A stretch of 64,000 nucleotides of DNA. Source: an uncultured Dehalococcoidia bacterium (lineage in GTDB: Bacteria > Chloroflexota > Dehalococcoidia > Lucifugimonadales > GCA-2712585). The notes beneath the pieces are model-generated. The model saw only the letters and a list, made by a program, of their open reading frames with translations. It was not told where the DNA came from and ran no database searches. The translations under genes were made by a program, and so were the position numbers. Below, one piece after another: positions 60,174-64,000 of the stretch (positions are counted from its first letter, which is position 1; the number at the start of each line of letters is the position of its first letter). Location: assembly GCA_964439905.1 (NCBI GenBank), contig CAYTPK010000007.1, positions 68,539 to 132,538 on the forward strand. Direction: 5' to 3'.

Positions 60174-61082
60174 TCACCAAACAGCTATGCCAGGCTCATA
60201 GGTTTCCATTAGATATATCGAAGTACGTGCGGTAAAGTATAAACTCGTCCAGGATGGTCCACCAAATGCTAAATTGGCTGGCACCTCTGGGAGTTTGATT
60301 ATCCCAATACGAGTTCCATCAGGGTTGAAAACCCAGCAACCCCCAGGGCCTGTGCAGAAAACCCTTCCCTTTTTATCGACCTTCATGCCATCGGGGACTC
60401 CGTCGTCCGATGAAGACATATTCGCGAATATACGGTTATTACCTAGTGTGCCGTCGGTATTCACATCGAATACACGTATAAACTGATGTTCACAGATTAG
60501 GCCTTGCTGTTTTTCCTCAATACACTTTTCATTCAAACGGCTTATCGAAACGTACAGCAACTTTTCATCCGGAGAAAATGCCAATCCATTGGGATATTCA
60601 CATTCGTCTGTTGCTATTGATAGCGTGTTGGATGGGCTAAACATAAAAACCCCTGAAAATGGCAGTATTTTTTCATTTTCCGGGAGTCTGCCTGCAGGAT
60701 CCGTAAAATAGATGGTCCCGTTAGAATGGCATATCACGTCGTTCGGCCTATTGAGACTTTTCCCTTGATAGTTATCCACCAATGGTGACCAATTGTGGGG
60801 ATCTGTGCGGACAGTTACTTGACGATTTCCACCCTCACACATGACCATTCTTCCAATAGTGTCAAAGGTCGTTCCGTTACCTTCGCCAGTGTTCGTTCGC
60901 ACAATTTCGGTCCCTGTTTTCCTACTCCAGCGAAGCTGTCGGCTATTCTGTATGTCTACAAAATATATGAACCCGTCCTCTGCCCAAACCGGACCCTCTG
61001 TAAATCCAAACCCAGTGGCTAACATCTCGGCGTAAGGTGTCCGTAGGATTTTACTAAATTCTTCGTTCATCGAGTTTCTCAA
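60174..61082 (-). CDS. SMP-30/gluconolactonase/LRE-like beta-propeller hydrolase
   Basis: Pattern FTEGPVW, NRPNDV, PNGLAFSPD and PDGMKVD. Start is TTG 61082 or ATG 61070. Confidence 0.85.
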   Translation of the reverse strand: MRNSMNEEFSKILRTPYAEMLATGFGFTEGPVWAEDGFIYFVDIQNSRQLRWSRKTGTEIVRTNTGEGNGTTFDTIGRMVMCEGGNRQVTVRTDPHNWSPLVDNYQGKSLNRPNDVICHSNGTIYFTDPAGRLPENEKILPFSGVFMFSPSNTLSIATDECEYPNGLAFSPDEKLLYVSISRLNEKCIEEKQQGLICEHQFIRVFDVNTDGTLGNNRIFANMSSSDDGVPDGMKVDKKGRVFCTGPGGCWVFNPDGTRIGIIKLPEVPANLAFGGPSWTSLYFTARTSIYLMETYEPGIAVW

Positions 61083-61190
61083 ATATTGTTAATGACAGAA
61101 TAGATTCCTAAACACTATCAGTCAAACATTTATTGTATCGTATACTTACTATATGCCTTTGTTAGGATAGATGAATCAAAGGAGAAGCAT

Positions 61191-61883
61191 ATGGCCCAAT
61201 TATTGGTGTTAACCGGTGGCGACGAGTTTCATTCAACTTGTATTGAATCGGATCTGGTTGCGTTAAACTTTTTCCAAACGAAGGAAAAATTGGTTCGAAT
61301 TCTTCCAACCGCGGCTAAATATCAATCGTCTGGAGAAAAAGCTTATAGTAATGCCAAGCGTTACTTTGGCACCATGGGGTTTTCATCGGATTGTATCGAT
61401 ATATATAGTAAATCCGAGGCAAACGACGCCTTACGGGTCAAAAAGTTAATTGGAGTCAGACACGTATATATAGTTGGCGGTAACCCCGTTTACCTTCTTC
61501 AAACTCTGAAGAATACCTTATTCGTGGAGAAACTTAGAGATTGGTTAAACCGATGCAATGTCTTATTTGGATCGAGTGCTGGAGCTATGGTCTTGGGATC
61601 ATATATGAGGAATCCTATAGATAAAACGTGGATTGAAGGCTTGGGGATTATTCCTGGAGTTGCTGTTTTGCCTCACCACGAGAATAGTGATCCCAATCAG
61701 ACTTTACGTAATATATCTAATGCCGGACTTGAGGACATCATTGTTTTAGGTATAGATGGTAAAACTTCGTGTTTGGGCAATGGAAGTTCTTGGAAAGTTA
61801 TGGGTCCAGGCGCCGTGACGGTATACAATCGAGGAAACTGGAAAGTATTTCAATCTGGAGAAGACATTACCAAAGTTGGATAA
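61191..61883 (+). CDS. Peptidase S51 family (dipeptidase E / cyanophycinase-like)
   Basis: IVGGNPVYLL, FGSSAGAMVLG (nucleophile Ser context) and LPHHEN motifs. Confidence 0.75.
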   Translation: MAQLLVLTGGDEFHSTCIESDLVALNFFQTKEKLVRILPTAAKYQSSGEKAYSNAKRYFGTMGFSSDCIDIYSKSEANDALRVKKLIGVRHVYIVGGNPVYLLQTLKNTLFVEKLRDWLNRCNVLFGSSAGAMVLGSYMRNPIDKTWIEGLGIIPGVAVLPHHENSDPNQTLRNISNAGLEDIIVLGIDGKTSCLGNGSSWKVMGPGAVTVYNRGNWKVFQSGEDITKVG

Positions 61884-61936
61884 TAATTACAGAAATTATA
61901 TAGTCTATACAAAGGTTAATCTCAAAGAGAGGTAAC

Positions 61937-63295
61937 ATGGTGGATTTAGATCGTTTGTTAACACAGGTGGACCAGTTTAAAAATGAACTACTGGATCTGC
62001 ATAAAGAATTAGTCAAAATCGAGTCGATAAATACAGGGCAAATGCCGACTGGAAATGAAAGTAATGTCGCCGATTTGGCTAGACAGTGGCTGGAGAAGGA
62101 GGGTATTAAGAGCGAGATTCTAGAATCCGCTCCCGGTAGGGGTAATTTAATTGCAACAATGCCCGGAAAATCGGGTAAAAACAAATTACTCTTGGCATCA
62201 CATTTGGACGTTGTGCCAGTCGAAGATGCTGGTAAATGGAATTATGATCCGTTTGGGGCAGAAATTGATAATGGTCGCGTTTATGGAAGAGGAACCTACG
62301 ATTGCAAAGGGCTTTTGGCATCGCAGATGCTTGCTATGGCTGTACTTGAGAGGAACGGACTGAAGCTTTCAGACAACCTAGTGTTGGTATCTGGTGCTGA
62401 TGAAGAGAGTGGAGGGCGATACGGATTAGGATGGCTTACCGAGAACCATCCAGAAAAAATCAAAAGTCCGCTGGCCATTAATGAAGGGGGTGGAACACAC
62501 GTAAACGTGGCCGGGACCACAACTTACTTGATGGGTATAGGTGAAAAGGGTAGATTAGAAATACAATTAACTATCAAGGGGACTAGTGCTCATGCTTCTA
62601 CTCCTTGGCTTGGCGAAAACGCTAGTTACAGATTGTCTAGCGTACTTAATCGTATAGAGCATTACGAGGCTACAAGGGACACGTCGGTAGCAATTTTTCA
62701 GTATCTATCTACCTTAGCGGTAGAAGATGTCCCTACACCCGGAAACATTGATAGAATTATAGGAGATATTCAACAAAAAAATCCTCAGTTAGCCTCAGTG
62801 TTAAGAGCGCTATCTCGTATGACTTTGACACCTACTATGGTCAAAGGAGGGATTAAATCTAACAGCATCCCTGAATCAATTAGTCTAACATGTGATGTGC
62901 GTACACTTCCTCATCAGGACGATAGATACGTACTGGACGAACTAGGGAAACTGTTAGGCGACATAGATGGGATAGAAATTGATGTTGATTATATGGCAAT
63001 TCCCAACAGTTCCGAATACGATACGGAGTTTGCCCATAGCCTTAAGAAAGCTACTGAAAATAGCCTAAATCGTACAGATCTAAATTGGGTCCCGTCTGTT
63101 GCCACGGGATTTACAGATTCCAGATTCTTGCGTCCTTTGGGAACTACGACCTATGGGTTCAATGGGATGGATCCTTCTGACGATCCATTATTGAATAGAA
63201 TGCATGGGACGGATGAATCGATTGGTATTAAATCGTTGACGACAGGAGCGAAGATAATGTTAGCGTTAGCAGTAGATGTGTTAGATGTTCACTGA
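61937..63295 (+). CDS. M20-family metallopeptidase (ArgE/DapE/ACY1-like)
   Basis: LLLASHLDVVP, GRGTYDCKG, GADEESGG and SAHAS motifs. Confidence 0.9.
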   Translation: MVDLDRLLTQVDQFKNELLDLHKELVKIESINTGQMPTGNESNVADLARQWLEKEGIKSEILESAPGRGNLIATMPGKSGKNKLLLASHLDVVPVEDAGKWNYDPFGAEIDNGRVYGRGTYDCKGLLASQMLAMAVLERNGLKLSDNLVLVSGADEESGGRYGLGWLTENHPEKIKSPLAINEGGGTHVNVAGTTTYLMGIGEKGRLEIQLTIKGTSAHASTPWLGENASYRLSSVLNRIEHYEATRDTSVAIFQYLSTLAVEDVPTPGNIDRIIGDIQQKNPQLASVLRALSRMTLTPTMVKGGIKSNSIPESISLTCDVRTLPHQDDRYVLDELGKLLGDIDGIEIDVDYMAIPNSSEYDTEFAHSLKKATENSLNRTDLNWVPSVATGFTDSRFLRPLGTTTYGFNGMDPSDDPLLNRMHGTDESIGIKSLTTGAKIMLALAVDVLDVH

Positions 63296-63390
63296 ACTCC
63301 TTGCAACTGATCTGAATTGAATATACGTTTTCCATTCATGCGGTATTTTTATCGCAGATGTTAAACCCAAAATAGATGGTAGAGGTCTTA

Positions 63391-64000
63391 ATGGATTTAT
63401 CGAAACTTGAACAAGAAATAACGAAATTTATCTCCAAGACACCCAAATCTAAGAGCCTTCAAGAAAGAGCCTCTCGCTTTATGCCGGGTGGCAGTTCTCG
63501 AGGCACTGCTTACTATGATCCATACCCGGCGTTTTTCGATCGAGGGCAAGGAAATCATATTTTCGATGTAGACGGTAACAAATATCTTGATTATATGATT
63601 AATGCCACCAGCCTCATTATGGGGCATGCTCATCCATTAATTGTAGATGCGATAAATTTACAGGCTGCGAAGGGCACAGCCTATAGTGGACCGTCAGAGA
63701 TCCAAATTGGTGTGGCCGAAATGTTGTGCGACCGAATCCCTTCAATGGATTCGGTCAGGTTTTGCAATTCTGGTACGGAAGCCACTCTTAATGCTATAAG
63801 GGCGGCTCGTGCTTTCACTGGAAGACATAAAATAGCGAAATTCGAGGGCGGGTATCATGGTTCTCATGAATATGTATCGGTAAGTGTAAGGCCTCCATCC
63901 TGGAAGCTAGACCCTAATGGGCCGACCTCTATCCCAGAATTTCCTGGACAGCCCCAATCGGTAAGTCGTGAGGTAATTGTCATGCCCTACAATGATCTCG
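63391..64000 (+). CDS. Class-III aminotransferase (glutamate-1-semialdehyde aminomutase-like), 3' end beyond window
   Basis: Not in the ORF track because no stop falls inside the window. My translation from ATG 63391 reads MDLSKLEQEI...RFMPGGSSRG...DVDGNKYLDYM...FCNSGTEATLNAIRAARAFTGR...KFEGGYHG. Confidence 0.88.
   Translation, partial: MDLSKLEQEITKFISKTPKSKSLQERASRFMPGGSSRGTAYYDPYPAFFDRGQGNHIFDVDGNKYLDYMINATSLIMGHAHPLIVDAINLQAAKGTAYSGPSEIQIGVAEMLCDRIPSMDSVRFCNSGTEATLNAIRAARAFTGRHKIAKFEGGYHGSHEYVSVSVRPPSWKLDPNGPTSIPEFPGQPQSVSREVIVMPYNDL

Noticed and set aside
1-64000. CRISPR arrays, tandem repeats, IS elements, toxin-antitoxin or other defence modules
   Set aside because: Reading both strands revealed no regularly spaced repeats, transposase or integrase catalytic genes, or typical defence-gene motifs. 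Every gap longer than 150 nt was inspected. Short or diverged repeats could have been missed without a computational repeat search.

Overview
Gene-dense, mostly housekeeping stretch of a compact bacterial chromosome: about 58 protein genes plus one RNase P RNA. Intergenic gaps are short, and many gene junctions are translationally coupled or overlapping. By eye I saw no rRNA, tRNA, CRISPR array, transposase, prophage or recognisable defence locus.

Recognisable content:
- Replication and topology: dnaE, gyrA, ogt, tmk, ruvX.
- Translation and RNA: alaS, a cysS fusion, tilS, tsaD, rnpB.
- Shikimate genes: aroE, aroC, then a HAD-like gene, then an aroK-aroB fusion.
- Pyrimidine operon: PyrR attenuator, pyrR, pyrB, carA, an orphan ORF, carB.
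- Folate: folC, folB.
- Other metabolism: pdxS/pdxT, sucCD, gdhA, fabF.
- Many amidohydrolase, peptidase and oxidoreductase genes.

The gene content and fusions suggest a Chloroflexota-like, possibly marine SAR202/Dehalococcoidia-type genome. This is inference only; no search was possible.

I found no large novel multi-gene system. The points most worth a second look are:
1. A rhodanese gene at the left edge whose catalytic-Cys codon is an in-frame TGA followed by a SECIS-like hairpin, making it a candidate selenoprotein.
2. A complete CysRS fused in frame to a family-2 glycosyltransferase.
3. A GreA-type factor with an N-terminal domain resembling an integrase core-binding (SAM-like) domain.
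4. A coupled pair of unknown proteins divergent from the rhodanese.
5. An orphan ORF splitting carA from carB.
6. A class-I glutamine amidotransferase homolog lacking the catalytic Cys and His.
7. Three convergent gene pairs that each overlap by exactly 17 nt.

All functional calls rest on motif recognition in the supplied translations, not on database searches.
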